From positions 129,188-193,187 of the forward strand of contig JANXTY010000061.1 of assembly GCA_025352145.1 (NCBI GenBank): DNA of 64,000 bases, given 5' to 3'. Shown here in pieces: positions 10,826-21,308 of this stretch; positions within the stretch are counted from its first letter, which is position 1; every line of letters starts with the position of its first letter. The position numbers and the translations under genes are program-made. The notes below the pieces were generated by a model. It did no database searches, was not told the origin of the DNA, and saw nothing but the letters and a program-made list of their open reading frames with translations. This DNA is from Oxalobacteraceae bacterium. Lineage in GTDB: Bacteria; Pseudomonadota; Gammaproteobacteria; Burkholderiales; Burkholderiaceae_D.

Positions 10826-11944
10826 ATGAATTCCGTCATTAAAAACGCCAAACGTCTTATTATCAAAGTCGGTTCGTCCTTGGTGACGAACGATGGCAAG
10901 GGCCTAGATCACAGTGCTATCGCCAAATGGGCTGAGCAGATCGCACAACTGCGTGTGCTGGGCAAAGAAGTCATCCTGGTTAGCTCAGGCGCGATTGCTG
11001 AAGGAATGCAGCGTTTGGGGTTCGAACAACGTCCTTCTGGCATCCATGAATTACAAGCCTGTGCTGCTGTCGGCCAGATGGGGTTGGCACAAATTTACGA
11101 AACAAGTTTTCGCGCCCATGATTTGCATACTGCTCAAGTGCTATTAACCCATGCAGATTTGGCCGACCGAGAACGCTATCTGAATGCCCGTTCGACACTG
11201 TTCACATTATTGCGTTTTGGCGTAGTCCCTATCATCAATGAAAACGACACTGTCGTTACAGATGAAATCAAAGTGGGCGACAACGATACCTTAGGCGCCT
11301 TAGTAGCAAATTTGATTGAAGCCGATGTTTTGATTATTCTGACTGATCAACGGGGGCTCTACACAGCCGATCCTCGCAAAGATATCAATGCCACTTTCGT
11401 GCATGAAGCGATTGCCGGAGACATTGCGTTAGAAGGCATGGCAGGGGGGGTCGGCACCGGCATTGGCCGTGGCGGCATGCTAACTAAAATACTCGCTGCC
11501 AAACGTGCAGCTAGCTCCGGTGCTCATACCGTGATTGCTTGGGGCCGTGAAGAAAGCGTTTTAACCAGACTCGCTGCGGGTGAAGCAATCGGCACGCAAT
11601 TGACCGCACAGATGGGCCAATTGACCGCACGCAAACAATGGATGGCGGATCATCTGCAAACAGCGGGCAAGGTGGTGTTAGATGCTGGAGCAGTACAAAA
11701 ACTAGTAGAAGAAGGCAAATCGCTTTTGCCCATCGGTGTATCCGATGTCATCGGGGAATTCGGACGGGGCGCTGTGATTACCTGCGTCACTCAGAACGGC
11801 CGCCAGATTGCGCGCGGCCTCATTAACTATGCGAGCACTGACGCCCGACGCATTATGCGCCACCCGTCCTCAGAAATTGCGACAATTTTGGGCTTTGTTG
11901 AAGGGCCAGAGTTGATTCATCGCGATAACCTCGTATTACTTTGA
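10826..11944 (+). CDS. proB: glutamate 5-kinase
   Basis: 372 aa amino-acid kinase domain plus a C-terminal PUA domain. obg-proB synteny. Confidence 0.95.
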   Translation: MNSVIKNAKRLIIKVGSSLVTNDGKGLDHSAIAKWAEQIAQLRVLGKEVILVSSGAIAEGMQRLGFEQRPSGIHELQACAAVGQMGLAQIYETSFRAHDLHTAQVLLTHADLADRERYLNARSTLFTLLRFGVVPIINENDTVVTDEIKVGDNDTLGALVANLIEADVLIILTDQRGLYTADPRKDINATFVHEAIAGDIALEGMAGGVGTGIGRGGMLTKILAAKRAASSGAHTVIAWGREESVLTRLAAGEAIGTQLTAQMGQLTARKQWMADHLQTAGKVVLDAGAVQKLVEEGKSLLPIGVSDVIGEFGRGAVITCVTQNGRQIARGLINYASTDARRIMRHPSSEIATILGFVEGPELIHRDNLVLL

Positions 11945-11990
11945 TCCGAAAATATTTTCCAAATTAAATTCTGTTTATTCGCTTGGTTAA

Positions 11991-12587
11991 TCATTTATTT
12001 TCAGGCTGGTCTAACGGCCTATCAACTGGTACGTTCGCTTCTTCTGACAATCGTGGTGCCTGCGGTTGTCGTATATGACGTGTCGCATTGCGCTGGGATG
12101 GATGATGTTGAGAATTAAACTGTAAGAAACGCGCCAACTCATGTAACGCTTTTTGGTATACATCGCGCTTAAATTCAATGACGACATCCAAAGGCACCCA
12201 GTATTCGTGCCAGCGCCACGCGTCAAATTCGGGATGATCGGTGAGGCGAAGATTGACATCGCTATCGCGCCCGACCATACGTAGCAAAAACCAAATCTGC
12301 TTTTGGCCGCGATAGTGCCCACGAATTTCACGTTTGATAAAATGATCCGGCACTTCATAGCGTAACCAATCGCGGGTACGCCCCACGATCTTGACGTGTT
12401 CTTGGCGCAGGCCGATTTCTTCTTCCAGCTCACGGAACATAGCCTGCTCCGGGCTTTCGCCATATTTGATACCGCCTTGCGGAAATTGCCAAGAGTGCTC
12501 GCGCACCCGCTTACCCCACCATACCTCATTTTGGGCATTGAGCAGGATAATGCCGACGTTAGGGCGGAACCCTTCACGATCTAGCAT
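11991..12587 (-). CDS. rppH: RNA pyrophosphohydrolase (Nudix)
   Basis: [16 protein letters not shown]-terminus and Nudix box [23 protein letters not shown]. Confidence 0.9.
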   Translation of the reverse strand: MLDREGFRPNVGIILLNAQNEVWWGKRVREHSWQFPQGGIKYGESPEQAMFRELEEEIGLRQEHVKIVGRTRDWLRYEVPDHFIKREIRGHYRGQKQIWFLLRMVGRDSDVNLRLTDHPEFDAWRWHEYWVPLDVVIEFKRDVYQKALHELARFLQFNSQHHPSQRNATRHIRQPQAPRLSEEANVPVDRPLDQPENK

Positions 12588-12793
12588 GTCGTACCTCGAA
12601 ACTTTCTGCGGCAGGACGCCTCTTCAATACAAATTGTTGCGCATACGAGCACCATTGCTATGTTTCCGTAAAGCGGAACAAGGAAGGTGGTTAACAAATG
12701 TGCACAATCGCATAAAGTATGGTCGCATCAGCCAGCTAATCCTTTAAAATTGAGTTGATTATAACTCCCTCTTTTTAAAAAGAATTCATCGTT

Positions 12794-14515
12794 ATGCGTG
12801 CCTCACGATTTTTTGTTTCAACTCTTAAAGAAGCCCCCTCCGACGCCGAGATAATCAGTCACCAATTAATGATGCGATCCGGGATGATTAAACGCCTCGG
12901 TTCCGGGATTTATACCTATATGCCGATGGGTTTGCGCGTGATCCGCAAAGTAGAAGCCATCATTAGGGATGAAATGAATCGCGCTGGCGCAGTCGAATTA
13001 TTGATGCCTTTGGTGCAGCCGGCCGAGTTATGGCAGGAGACCGGGCGCTGGGACAAAATGGGACCTGAACTCATGCGGGTCAAAGATCGTCATGGCCGCG
13101 ACTATGCGATTCAGCCAACCTCAGAAGAAGTCATCACCGACGTTGTTCGAACCGAGATCAAATCGTATCGCCAGCTCCCGATCAATTTTTATCATATTCA
13201 GACGAAATTTCGCGATGAGCGTCGGCCACGTTTTGGCTTGATGCGCGGTCGTGAATTTACGATGAAAGATGCTTATTCGTTTGACCGGGATGTCGCGGCT
13301 ATGCAGCAATCGTACCAAATCATGTTTGACGCTTACATCAACATATTCAACCGATTCGGATTGAAATTTCGTCCCGTCGCTGCCGACAATGGGGCGATTG
13401 GCGGGTCTGGTTCACACGAATTTCATGTGATTGCCCAGACTGGCGAAGATGCGATTGTCTATTGTCCTACCTCTGATTTTGCGGCAAATATGGAAGCGGC
13501 TGAGGCGCTGACTTTGAATGCAACGCGTGCCGCGCCAACCCAGGCACTGACTAAGATGCCAACGCCCGGCAAAGTAAAATGTGAAGAGGTTGCGGCACTG
13601 CTCGGTTTTCCCTTGTCACACATGATCAAGTCTATTGTACTGACCGTAGAGACTGAAAAAGAAAATCAGGTGTGGCTGCTACTGTTGCGCGCAGACCATG
13701 AAATGAATGAAGTCAAGGTTAAAAAAATCCCCGGTTTGAGCGATTTCCGCTTTGCAACTGAAGCCGAAATCATCGCGCATTTCGGGACGGTACCCGGCTA
13801 TCTCGGTCCAATTGGCGTCAGTCAAAGCGTGAAGATAGTAGCTGATCGGACGGTGGCCAATATGCACGATTTTGTTTGTGGTGGGAATGAAATCGATACC
13901 CACTATATGGGGGCGAATTGGGGGCGTGACCTAGCAGAACCGCTGGTAGCCGATATTCGCAATGTGGTAGAAGGAGATCTCTCTCCTGATGGGAAAGGCG
14001 TGTTGGTAGTTGAGCGGGGTATCGAAGTAGGCCATGTGTTCCAACTGGGCACCCGCTATTCACAAGAGATGAAAGCCACGTTTTTGGATGAAAATGGCAA
14101 GCCACAGTTGATGCAAATGGGGTGCTATGGAATCGGTGTGACACGCATTTTGGGTGCGGCGATTGAGCAGAATTTTGATGAAAAAGGCATTATCTGGCCG
14201 GCGGCGATTGCACCCTTTGAAGTTGTTTTGTGTCCGATGGGTTATGACCGCAGCGAAGTCGTCAAACTGGAGACCGACAGGCTGTATGCCGGACTTCAGG
14301 CCGCAGGGGTGGATGTCGTTCTGGATGATCGGGGTGAACGTCCGGGCGCCATGTTTGCGGATTGGGAGCTGATCGGTGTTCCACACCGTGTTGTAATCGG
14401 TGATCGTGGCTTAAAAGAAGGCAATCTAGAATATCAGGGTCGACGCGATACGGTAGCCACAGCATTAGTTATTGACCAAGTGGTCGGGTTTATTAAAACC
14501 AAATTGGCGGCGTGA
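12794..14515 (+). CDS. proS: proline--tRNA ligase
   Basis: 573 aa bacterial-type ProRS with an INS editing domain ([20 protein letters not shown]...). Confidence 0.95.
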   Translation: MRASRFFVSTLKEAPSDAEIISHQLMMRSGMIKRLGSGIYTYMPMGLRVIRKVEAIIRDEMNRAGAVELLMPLVQPAELWQETGRWDKMGPELMRVKDRHGRDYAIQPTSEEVITDVVRTEIKSYRQLPINFYHIQTKFRDERRPRFGLMRGREFTMKDAYSFDRDVAAMQQSYQIMFDAYINIFNRFGLKFRPVAADNGAIGGSGSHEFHVIAQTGEDAIVYCPTSDFAANMEAAEALTLNATRAAPTQALTKMPTPGKVKCEEVAALLGFPLSHMIKSIVLTVETEKENQVWLLLLRADHEMNEVKVKKIPGLSDFRFATEAEIIAHFGTVPGYLGPIGVSQSVKIVADRTVANMHDFVCGGNEIDTHYMGANWGRDLAEPLVADIRNVVEGDLSPDGKGVLVVERGIEVGHVFQLGTRYSQEMKATFLDENGKPQLMQMGCYGIGVTRILGAAIEQNFDEKGIIWPAAIAPFEVVLCPMGYDRSEVVKLETDRLYAGLQAAGVDVVLDDRGERPGAMFADWELIGVPHRVVIGDRGLKEGNLEYQGRRDTVATALVIDQVVGFIKTKLAA

Positions 14516-14655
14516 GCTTCACAGGTATTCTGCGCAGCAGTTTATTTTTTTTTGCTCGGCAATGTGGCAGGTGGCATATCGTCTTCATTGCCTTATTCGG
14601 GAAGGGGGGTGATTTTCGGCCATTGCCCGGTTTTTGCAAAAATATTCTGATCAAC

Positions 14656-15246
14656 TTGAATCGGACTTTTGTATTGACTGTCCTACTTTGCGGCGGTGCT
14701 CATGCGGGTAATCAAAAGGAGGAAGCGCTGGCCGATTCTGTACGGATGGCGTTGTCCAATGCAATCTCGGACGCCCGTCCGCCTAAGGTAAACATTTCCG
14801 ATATTCATGAGCGTATCAAGTATCTGTACTGGCTTGGCGAAATGTCGAATCGGCTTAAACGTAAGATGCCCGATGCACAGATGCGCATTGAATTTATCGA
14901 AACCGTATGGTATGAAGCAAAGCGTGCTGGTCTGGACCCTGGTCTCATACTTGGCTTAGTGCAGGTTGAATCCGCTTTCCACAAATACGCCGTCTCCATG
15001 GTCGGTGCGCGCGGTTACATGCAGGTGATGCCTTTCTGGACCAGAGTGATTGGTGATCACGATCGTAAGAAGCTGTTTCACATGCAAACCAATCTTCGGT
15101 ATGGCTGTGCGATTTTACGCATGTATATTGACATGGAGCATGGTAATTTATATTTGGCGCTGGGCCGTTATAACGGTAGTCGAGGCAAGCCGGATTATCC
15201 TAATGCGGTGTTGGCAGCTTGGAAGAAATGGGAATATAAACGCTGA
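14656..15246 (+). CDS. lytic transglycosylase (SLT domain), secreted
   Basis: SLT catalytic region LVQVESAFHKYAVSMVGARGYMQVMP. The track ORF starts at GTG 14512. An in-frame TTG at 14656 gives a clean signal peptide (NRTFVLTVLLCGGAHA), so the start is uncertain. Confidence 0.75.
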   Translation: MNRTFVLTVLLCGGAHAGNQKEEALADSVRMALSNAISDARPPKVNISDIHERIKYLYWLGEMSNRLKRKMPDAQMRIEFIETVWYEAKRAGLDPGLILGLVQVESAFHKYAVSMVGARGYMQVMPFWTRVIGDHDRKKLFHMQTNLRYGCAILRMYIDMEHGNLYLALGRYNGSRGKPDYPNAVLAAWKKWEYKR

Positions 15247-15338
15247 TATAACCCCTATGGGGGCTTGCTGTTTTTGTGAATGCAGGAAACATGAAATAGC
15301 AATGTGCTCGTTAGCAATTTCAACGACAGAACTAAAAA

Positions 15339-15376
15339 AATGCCTCCTTAGCGATCACCAAGCAGGCATTTTTTAT
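15339..15376. terminator. bidirectional hairpin between convergent genes
   Basis: aatgcct (15339-15345) pairs with aggcatt (15364-15370). An A-run precedes it and TTTTAT follows. Confidence 0.45.
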
Positions 15377-15402
15377 GTTGGAGTCCATAACGACTCCCAC
15401 GA

Positions 15403-15831
15403 TTATTTCAAATGATCAGAAACAAGTTTTGTCATTTCAAACATAGACACTTGTTTCTTGCCACCGAAGACAGCTTTCAGTTTCTCATCTGCATTGATCA
15501 TGCGGCGATTTGCTGGATCTTGCAGATCGAGTTTTTTGATATATTCCCAGATCTTTTTTGTTACTTCTGTGCGCGGCAAAGGTGTCGCTCCGATAACCGC
15601 TGCCAGAACGGCGGACGGTGTCATGGCCTTCATAAATGCTGCATTTGGTTTGCGTGGCGTAGCCGGTTTGGCTGCTTTAGCTGGCGCTGCTTTTTTTACT
15701 GCAGGCTTCGCTGCTGGTTTTGCTGCGGCTTTCTTTACTGCTGGTTTTGCTGCTGCGGCGGTTTTTGCCGGAGCGGCCTTCTTGGCAGGTGCTTTTTTAG
15801 CTGCTACTACAGGTTTTTTGGCTGTTGCCAT
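15403..15831 (-). CDS. SWIB/MDM2-domain protein with an N-terminal histone H1-like Ala/Lys/Pro repeat tail
   Basis: 142 aa. Residues 1-60 are AKKA/KPAA repeats. The C-terminal ~80 aa (LAAVIGATPLPRTEVTKKIWEYIKKLDLQDP...MFEMTKLVSDHL) matches the SWIB fold signature. Confidence 0.85.
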   Translation of the reverse strand: MATAKKPVVAAKKAPAKKAAPAKTAAAAKPAVKKAAAKPAAKPAVKKAAPAKAAKPATPRKPNAAFMKAMTPSAVLAAVIGATPLPRTEVTKKIWEYIKKLDLQDPANRRMINADEKLKAVFGGKKQVSMFEMTKLVSDHLK

Positions 15832-16043
15832 CTTCGAGCCTCCTTCACAAAAACTGTTAAAAAAATTGGTTATTTATTGCACCGCTAATATTGGTGGCGT
15901 TTCCCCTATGACGCAAGTGTTTTTTTTCGTTTCCCCATTTTTTGTGAGTTTTTTGCCTTAAACGTAATCTTGGTCTCGCTGAGAAAGGGGCGAGATAATC
16001 CGCTGAGCGCTATTTTGAATAAAAACGAAATCTCATTTTGCTG

Positions 16044-17411
16044 CTAACGCATGCCCGGCATCATTCCTTTCATGCTACGCATCATCTTCATCATCCCACC
16101 GCCCTGTAGCTTTTTCATCATTGACTGCATCTGTTCAAATTGCGCTAGCATGCGGTTGACTTCTTGTACTTGGACTCCTGCACCGGTGGCGATGCGACGT
16201 TTGCGCGAGGCTTTGATGAGGTCGGGTTTAGTGCGTTCGTGTGGCGTCATGGAATTAATGATCCCCTCCATCCGGCGTACCTGCTTTTCGGCCTGGTCCA
16301 TATTGGCACCGCTTGCGGCTTGTTGAAATTGCGCCGGGAGTTTGTCCATTAAATTGGATAGTCCGCCCATTTTTTTCATTTGTCCAAGTTGCGCCTTAAA
16401 ATCATTGAGGTCAAACTTTCCGCCGACCTTGATTTTTTGAGCAAGTTCTTGTGCCGCTTTAACATCCACACCTTTGCGTGCTTCTTCGACCAGCGCCAGA
16501 ATGTCGCCCATGCCCAGGATGCGGTTAGCCATGCGGCTGGGGTCGAAGGCTTCCAGGCCGTCGAGTTTCTCGGATACACCCGCAAACTTAATTGGCTTTC
16601 CGGTGATGTGGCGCACCGATAAAGCAGCGCCGCCACGTGCATCGCCGTCGAGTTTGGTCAGCACAATGCCAGTCAACGGTAGCGCATCGTTAAATGCTTT
16701 AGCGGTATTGATCGCGTCTTGTCCCAGCATCGCATCGATCACGAACAGCGTTTCGATGGGTTTGACCGCCGTATGTACGGCACTAATTTCCTGCATCATC
16801 GCTTCATCGATACCGAGTCGTCCGGCAGTATCGATGATCAGCACATCGTGATAATGTTTTTTTGCATAATCCAAAGCCGCGAGCGCAATACCCACGGGTT
16901 TGTCGCTGGCTTGCGTCGGAAAAAAATCTGCCCCCGCTTGGGCAGTAACCGCTTGCAATTGCGCGATCGCAGCCGGACGATAAACGTCGGTGGAAACGGT
17001 CAGCACTTTCTTTTTTTTCTCTTCCCGCAAATATTTGGCGAGTTTTCCAACAGTCGTTGTTTTGCCAACGCCTTGTAAGCCAGCCATGAGAATAATGGCG
17101 GGAGGCTGACAAGCGAAGTTCAGTTGCGCTGCATCCTGGCCCAAATCTGCCCCCATGATCGCAGCCAATTCTTGCTGAACCACACCTACCAATGCTTGGC
17201 CCGGGGTGAGGGAACTGATTACTTCTTCACCCAACGCTTTTTCTTTCACGCGTGCAATGAACTCGCGTACCGCAGGCAAGGCGACGTCTGCTTCTAGTAA
17301 AGCGAGCCGTACTTCGCGCAGCATGTCGGCGGTATTGGCTTCAGTCAAACGCGCTTCACCGCGCATGGTTTTGACGACTTTGGCAAGGCGCTGGGTGAGA
17401 TTATCTAACAT
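16044..17411 (-). CDS. ffh: signal recognition particle protein Ffh
   Basis: MLDNLTQRL N-terminus, GLQGVGKTT P-loop, and a Met-rich C-terminal M domain. Confidence 0.95.
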   Translation of the reverse strand: MLDNLTQRLAKVVKTMRGEARLTEANTADMLREVRLALLEADVALPAVREFIARVKEKALGEEVISSLTPGQALVGVVQQELAAIMGADLGQDAAQLNFACQPPAIILMAGLQGVGKTTTVGKLAKYLREEKKKKVLTVSTDVYRPAAIAQLQAVTAQAGADFFPTQASDKPVGIALAALDYAKKHYHDVLIIDTAGRLGIDEAMMQEISAVHTAVKPIETLFVIDAMLGQDAINTAKAFNDALPLTGIVLTKLDGDARGGAALSVRHITGKPIKFAGVSEKLDGLEAFDPSRMANRILGMGDILALVEEARKGVDVKAAQELAQKIKVGGKFDLNDFKAQLGQMKKMGGLSNLMDKLPAQFQQAASGANMDQAEKQVRRMEGIINSMTPHERTKPDLIKASRKRRIATGAGVQVQEVNRMLAQFEQMQSMMKKLQGGGMMKMMRSMKGMMPGMR

Positions 17412-17849
17412 AGCAATCACATTTCAGAAGGAGGGAAGGGTCGAGGCAGGACAGCAATACACATCGAAAATAGCGCTCTATTTTAACCGATGATGAAGAT
17501 TTAAAGCCCTGGGAGTGTCGCAGTACTTTCTGAAATATTCGCCCTTGGACAGGCAGAATAATGATTGTCCTGGCTCAGTGGATAAAACGATTTTCTTCAG
17601 CACCGGATTATGTTTCTCAGGGAAGTCGAAGATTGATTCGACGCTTACGGTATCGATCAAACGGTCCATGCGACGATCGAAAGGAGGGTCGTCAATGCCC
17701 TATTCGTGCGAAATAATCGCCTCAAAAGCAAACATATCCCCTGTCATCGGCAGTTTTTCCTATGAGATTGGAATGTAGTCTAATCGGCGCATTTGAACTC
17801 ACGTTGGCGTCTATTTTTCGGCATAATGTCTAAAAATACTGGGCATTAA

Positions 17850-18359
17850 ATGAATACACGTTTCCCCCGCGCCAAATCGCGTCAATTTGATACGCGTCAC
17901 TTTCGTGATGCGCTATCCCAATTTGCCACCGGCGTCACCATCATTACGACGCGTTTGGCTGATGGCCGTTTTCTTGGATTGACCGCCAGTTCGTTCAATT
18001 CAGTCTCTCTTGATCCGCCGCTGGTATTGTGGAGCTTGGCCAACAGTGCTCAAAGTTTGCCTGTTTTTTCGGGGAATTCGCATTATGTAATTAATATTCT
18101 GGCTGCCGACCAGGTTGCGTTGGCAGAGCGATTTGCCCGTCGTGTTGAGAACCGTTTTGAGGGGGTTGACTACGTGCTGTCACGTACTGGACACCCCATT
18201 TTGAAGGGTGTTTCTGCCTGGTTTGAATGTCACAATCGCAGCCGTTATCCCGAAGGCGATCATGTGATATTTGTGGGCGAGGTTGAGGGCTGTGATGCCG
18301 AACCAAAAGAAGCGTTGGTATTTCACGGTGGCCAATTCGTTGGCACAAAATCTCCCTAG
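17850..18359 (+). CDS. flavin reductase family protein (FMN-binding split barrel)
   Basis: 169 aa with FRDALSQFATGVTIITT...SFNSVSLDPPLVLWS, typical of the HpaC-like flavin reductase domain. Confidence 0.8.
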   Translation: MNTRFPRAKSRQFDTRHFRDALSQFATGVTIITTRLADGRFLGLTASSFNSVSLDPPLVLWSLANSAQSLPVFSGNSHYVINILAADQVALAERFARRVENRFEGVDYVLSRTGHPILKGVSAWFECHNRSRYPEGDHVIFVGEVEGCDAEPKEALVFHGGQFVGTKSP

Positions 18360-18508
18360 CATTGAGTTAGTTATTTTTCCCTTCGTCAGCGGGCTATTTT
18401 TTATCCGCAACATCAATCGGAATCAAATTTTTAAATGACGACGATGGTGAAATAATTTAGCGGAGCGACAGTTTAAGAACGTGCGTTTTTCAGTGACCCG
18501 GAGTCGGC

Positions 18509-19738
18509 ATGAATACAAAAAATAACGCACCTAAAAACGCACCTAAAGCCAAAATACCATTTCATTGGGATGATCCGTTGCTGTTGTCGGATCAGCTCGC
18601 AGAAGATGAACGCATGGTATGCGATGCGGCACGTGCGTATTGTCAGGATAAGCTCAAGCCGCGCATACGTGATGCATTTCGTCATGAGAAAACTGACCTC
18701 AATATTTTTCGTGAAATGGGCGAGCTCGGTTTTTTAGGCGCTACACTTCCAGAAAAATATGGCGGTCTCGGGCTCAATAGTGTCAGCTATGGTTTGATCG
18801 CGCGCGAGATCGAACGCGTGGATTCCGGTTATCGTTCAATGATGAGCGTCCAATCTTCGCTGGTGATGTTGCCGATTTATATTTTCGGCACCGAGCTGCA
18901 ACGCCAGAAATATCTACCGAAATTAGCGACGGGCGAATTAATTGGTTGCTTCGGCTTAACCGAGCCGGATCATGGTTCTGATCCGGGGGCGATGATCACG
19001 CGGGCAAGGAAAATTCCTGGCGGTTACTCTTTATCCGGCTCCAAAATGTGGATTTCTAATTCGCCGATTGCCGACGTGTTCGTGGTATGGGCCAAAGACG
19101 AAGAAGGCGACAAGGGAGGAGGACAAATTCGCGGCTTCGTTCTGGAAAAAGGCATGCCGGGTTTGAGCGCTCCCGCAATTCACGGGAAATTCGGTCTGCG
19201 CGCATCGATCACCGGCGAGATAATACTCGATCAGGTGTTTTGCCCGGAAGAAAATGCATTCCCGGATGTGCGAGGTTTAAGAGGGCCGTTTACTTGTTTG
19301 GACTCAGCCCGCTATGGTATCGCTTGGGGCGCGTTGGGCGCAGCCGAAGACTGTTGGCATACGGCGCGACAGTATGTGCTTGACCGCCATCAGTTTGGGC
19401 GGCCTCTTGCGGCAAATCAGCTCATTCAAAAAAAGCTGGCGGATATGCAGACTGAAATCACGCTTGGCTTACAAGGTTGCCTTCGACTCGGTCGCATGAA
19501 AGACGCAGGGTCTGCCGCAGTGGAAATTACCTCGATAATGAAGCGTAACTCTTGTGGAAAGGCGCTGGATGTGGCGCGTGCGGCGCGTGACATGCTCGGT
19601 GCCAATGGCATATCCGACGAGTTCGGCATCATTCGCCATATGCTCAACCTTGAGGTGGTCAATACCTATGAAGGTACACACGATGTGCATGCGTTGATTC
19701 TTGGTAAAGCGCAGACTGGGATTCAGGCATTTCAATGA
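18509..19738 (+). CDS. gcdH: glutaryl-CoA dehydrogenase (acyl-CoA dehydrogenase family)
   Basis: 409 aa. [21 protein letters not shown]-terminus and a [14 protein letters not shown]-terminal motif, both typical of GcdH. Confidence 0.85.
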   Translation: MNTKNNAPKNAPKAKIPFHWDDPLLLSDQLAEDERMVCDAARAYCQDKLKPRIRDAFRHEKTDLNIFREMGELGFLGATLPEKYGGLGLNSVSYGLIAREIERVDSGYRSMMSVQSSLVMLPIYIFGTELQRQKYLPKLATGELIGCFGLTEPDHGSDPGAMITRARKIPGGYSLSGSKMWISNSPIADVFVVWAKDEEGDKGGGQIRGFVLEKGMPGLSAPAIHGKFGLRASITGEIILDQVFCPEENAFPDVRGLRGPFTCLDSARYGIAWGALGAAEDCWHTARQYVLDRHQFGRPLAANQLIQKKLADMQTEITLGLQGCLRLGRMKDAGSAAVEITSIMKRNSCGKALDVARAARDMLGANGISDEFGIIRHMLNLEVVNTYEGTHDVHALILGKAQTGIQAFQ

Positions 19739-19821
19739 AAATGGGTTGATTCCCAGGCTCGCGCCGCAGCACAAATTCTGACTCGCTACTTGTTCAATAT
19801 TTAAAACTTAAAAGAAAACGC

Positions 19822-20382
19822 ATGACATCCTTGAAATCGATACTGACGAACTGCTGTGGCATGGCATTTATTTTGTGGTTGTCGGGATGTTCCATCCTGG
19901 TCGGGCAGCGTGAATTGGAAATTCCCTTGGCTCAAATGCAGCAGGCAATGGACAAAAAATTTCCGCTGAAAAATCGGTATATGGAATTCTTTGACATCAG
20001 TCTCACTCATCCAAGACTGACGCTCCAACCCGATACTAACCGGATCACGACGACGCTGGATGCAGTCGCCGCGCCATTTTTCTTAAAAAAGGAATGGAAA
20101 GGGAGCATGTCTTTTTCCGGCAGCTTGCAGTTTGATGCTGCAAAAAATGCGATAGTACTTGCTGATATTCATATTGAAAATATGAACCTTGCAGATGCCG
20201 ATGCGGTCAATACCAAGGCATGGGAAAAAGTGGGGCGGTTGCTGGCAGAACAAACACTCAAAGAGGTAGCGCTGTATACCTTCAAACCGACAGAGAGTCA
20301 TTATGGCGGCATCAATTTTGTCATAGTAAAAATCGTCACAAAGCCGGATGCGCTCGTGGTAATCTTCGAACCTGCAAAGTAA
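19822..20382 (+). CDS. DUF1439 (YceB-like) lipoprotein
   Basis: Lipobox LSGC. The 186-aa size and sequence resemble the DUF1439 family. Confidence 0.65.
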   Translation: MTSLKSILTNCCGMAFILWLSGCSILVGQRELEIPLAQMQQAMDKKFPLKNRYMEFFDISLTHPRLTLQPDTNRITTTLDAVAAPFFLKKEWKGSMSFSGSLQFDAAKNAIVLADIHIENMNLADADAVNTKAWEKVGRLLAEQTLKEVALYTFKPTESHYGGINFVIVKIVTKPDALVVIFEPAK

Positions 20383-20468
20383 GACGAACTACGCAATGTA
20401 GTGCGGTAGTGCGAAAAATTCCCTCAGCAGTTTCCTTTAATCTTATTCAACCTGATTGCACGCTCATC

Positions 20469-21302
20469 ATGGACCTCATTCTTGCGCTAAAAGCACTCAT
20501 CATGGGCCTTGTCGAAGGGTTCACAGAGTTTCTCCCTATCTCGTCAACGGGGCATTTGATCCTCGCTGGAAGTTTGCTCGATTTTACGGGCGAAAAATTC
20601 AAAGTGTTTGAGATTGTTATTCAAGCCGGTGCGATTTTTGCCGTGTGCTGGGAATATCGGGTAAAAATGGGGCAAGTGTTATCTGGTCTATACGGCGATC
20701 CCAAGGAGCAACAATTCGCACGTAACTTAGTGATCGCTTTTGTGCCCGCAGCTGTGTTGGGACTTCTATTTAGCAAAGCGATCAAGGCACATTTGTTCTC
20801 TGCGATACCGGTGGCATTGGCGTTCATTATCGGCGGCTTGATTATTTTGTGGGTGGAGCGCCAGCACAAAGCCCACTCCGTTGTGGCACGTATTGATTCG
20901 GTAGACGATATGTCGGCACTTGACGCCCTCAAAATTGGTTGTGCTCAGGCATTTGCGCTCATTCCTGGCACCAGTCGTTCGGGTGCCACTATCATCGGCG
21001 GCATGTTGTTCGGCCTTTCCCGCAAGGTGGCTACCGAATTCTCCTTCTTCCTCGCCATCCCGACGCTCTTTGCAGCGACTGCGTACTCGCTCTACAAAGA
21101 CCGTGCCTTGCTCTCAGTGGCCGACGTGCCTCTATTCGGCATCGGCGCACTGGCCGCGTTTGTGTCGGCATTTTTATGTGTGCGCTGGCTTTTGCGGTAT
21201 ATCGCTACGCATGATTTTTCCGTATTCGCCTGGTACCGGATTGCTTTCGGGCTCTTGATTTTGGCCAGCCATTTTGGGGGATGGATTGTGTGGGCGGAAT
21301 AA
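20469..21302 (+). CDS. uppP: undecaprenyl-diphosphate phosphatase
   Basis: [29 protein letters not shown] and [10 protein letters not shown] motifs. The track ORF has a spurious 83-codon upstream extension. Confidence 0.9.
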   Translation: MDLILALKALIMGLVEGFTEFLPISSTGHLILAGSLLDFTGEKFKVFEIVIQAGAIFAVCWEYRVKMGQVLSGLYGDPKEQQFARNLVIAFVPAAVLGLLFSKAIKAHLFSAIPVALAFIIGGLIILWVERQHKAHSVVARIDSVDDMSALDALKIGCAQAFALIPGTSRSGATIIGGMLFGLSRKVATEFSFFLAIPTLFAATAYSLYKDRALLSVADVPLFGIGALAAFVSAFLCVRWLLRYIATHDFSVFAWYRIAFGLLILASHFGGWIVWAE

Positions 21303-21308
21303 TTTTTA

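Noticed and set aside
15412-15961. Two long + strand ORFs (158 and 167 aa) antisense to the SWIB gene.
   Set aside because: They are low-complexity translations (Cys/Phe/Gly/Ala runs) of the reverse complement of the AKKA repeat. They have no RBS and no domain, and the minus-strand gene has a clear SWIB domain.
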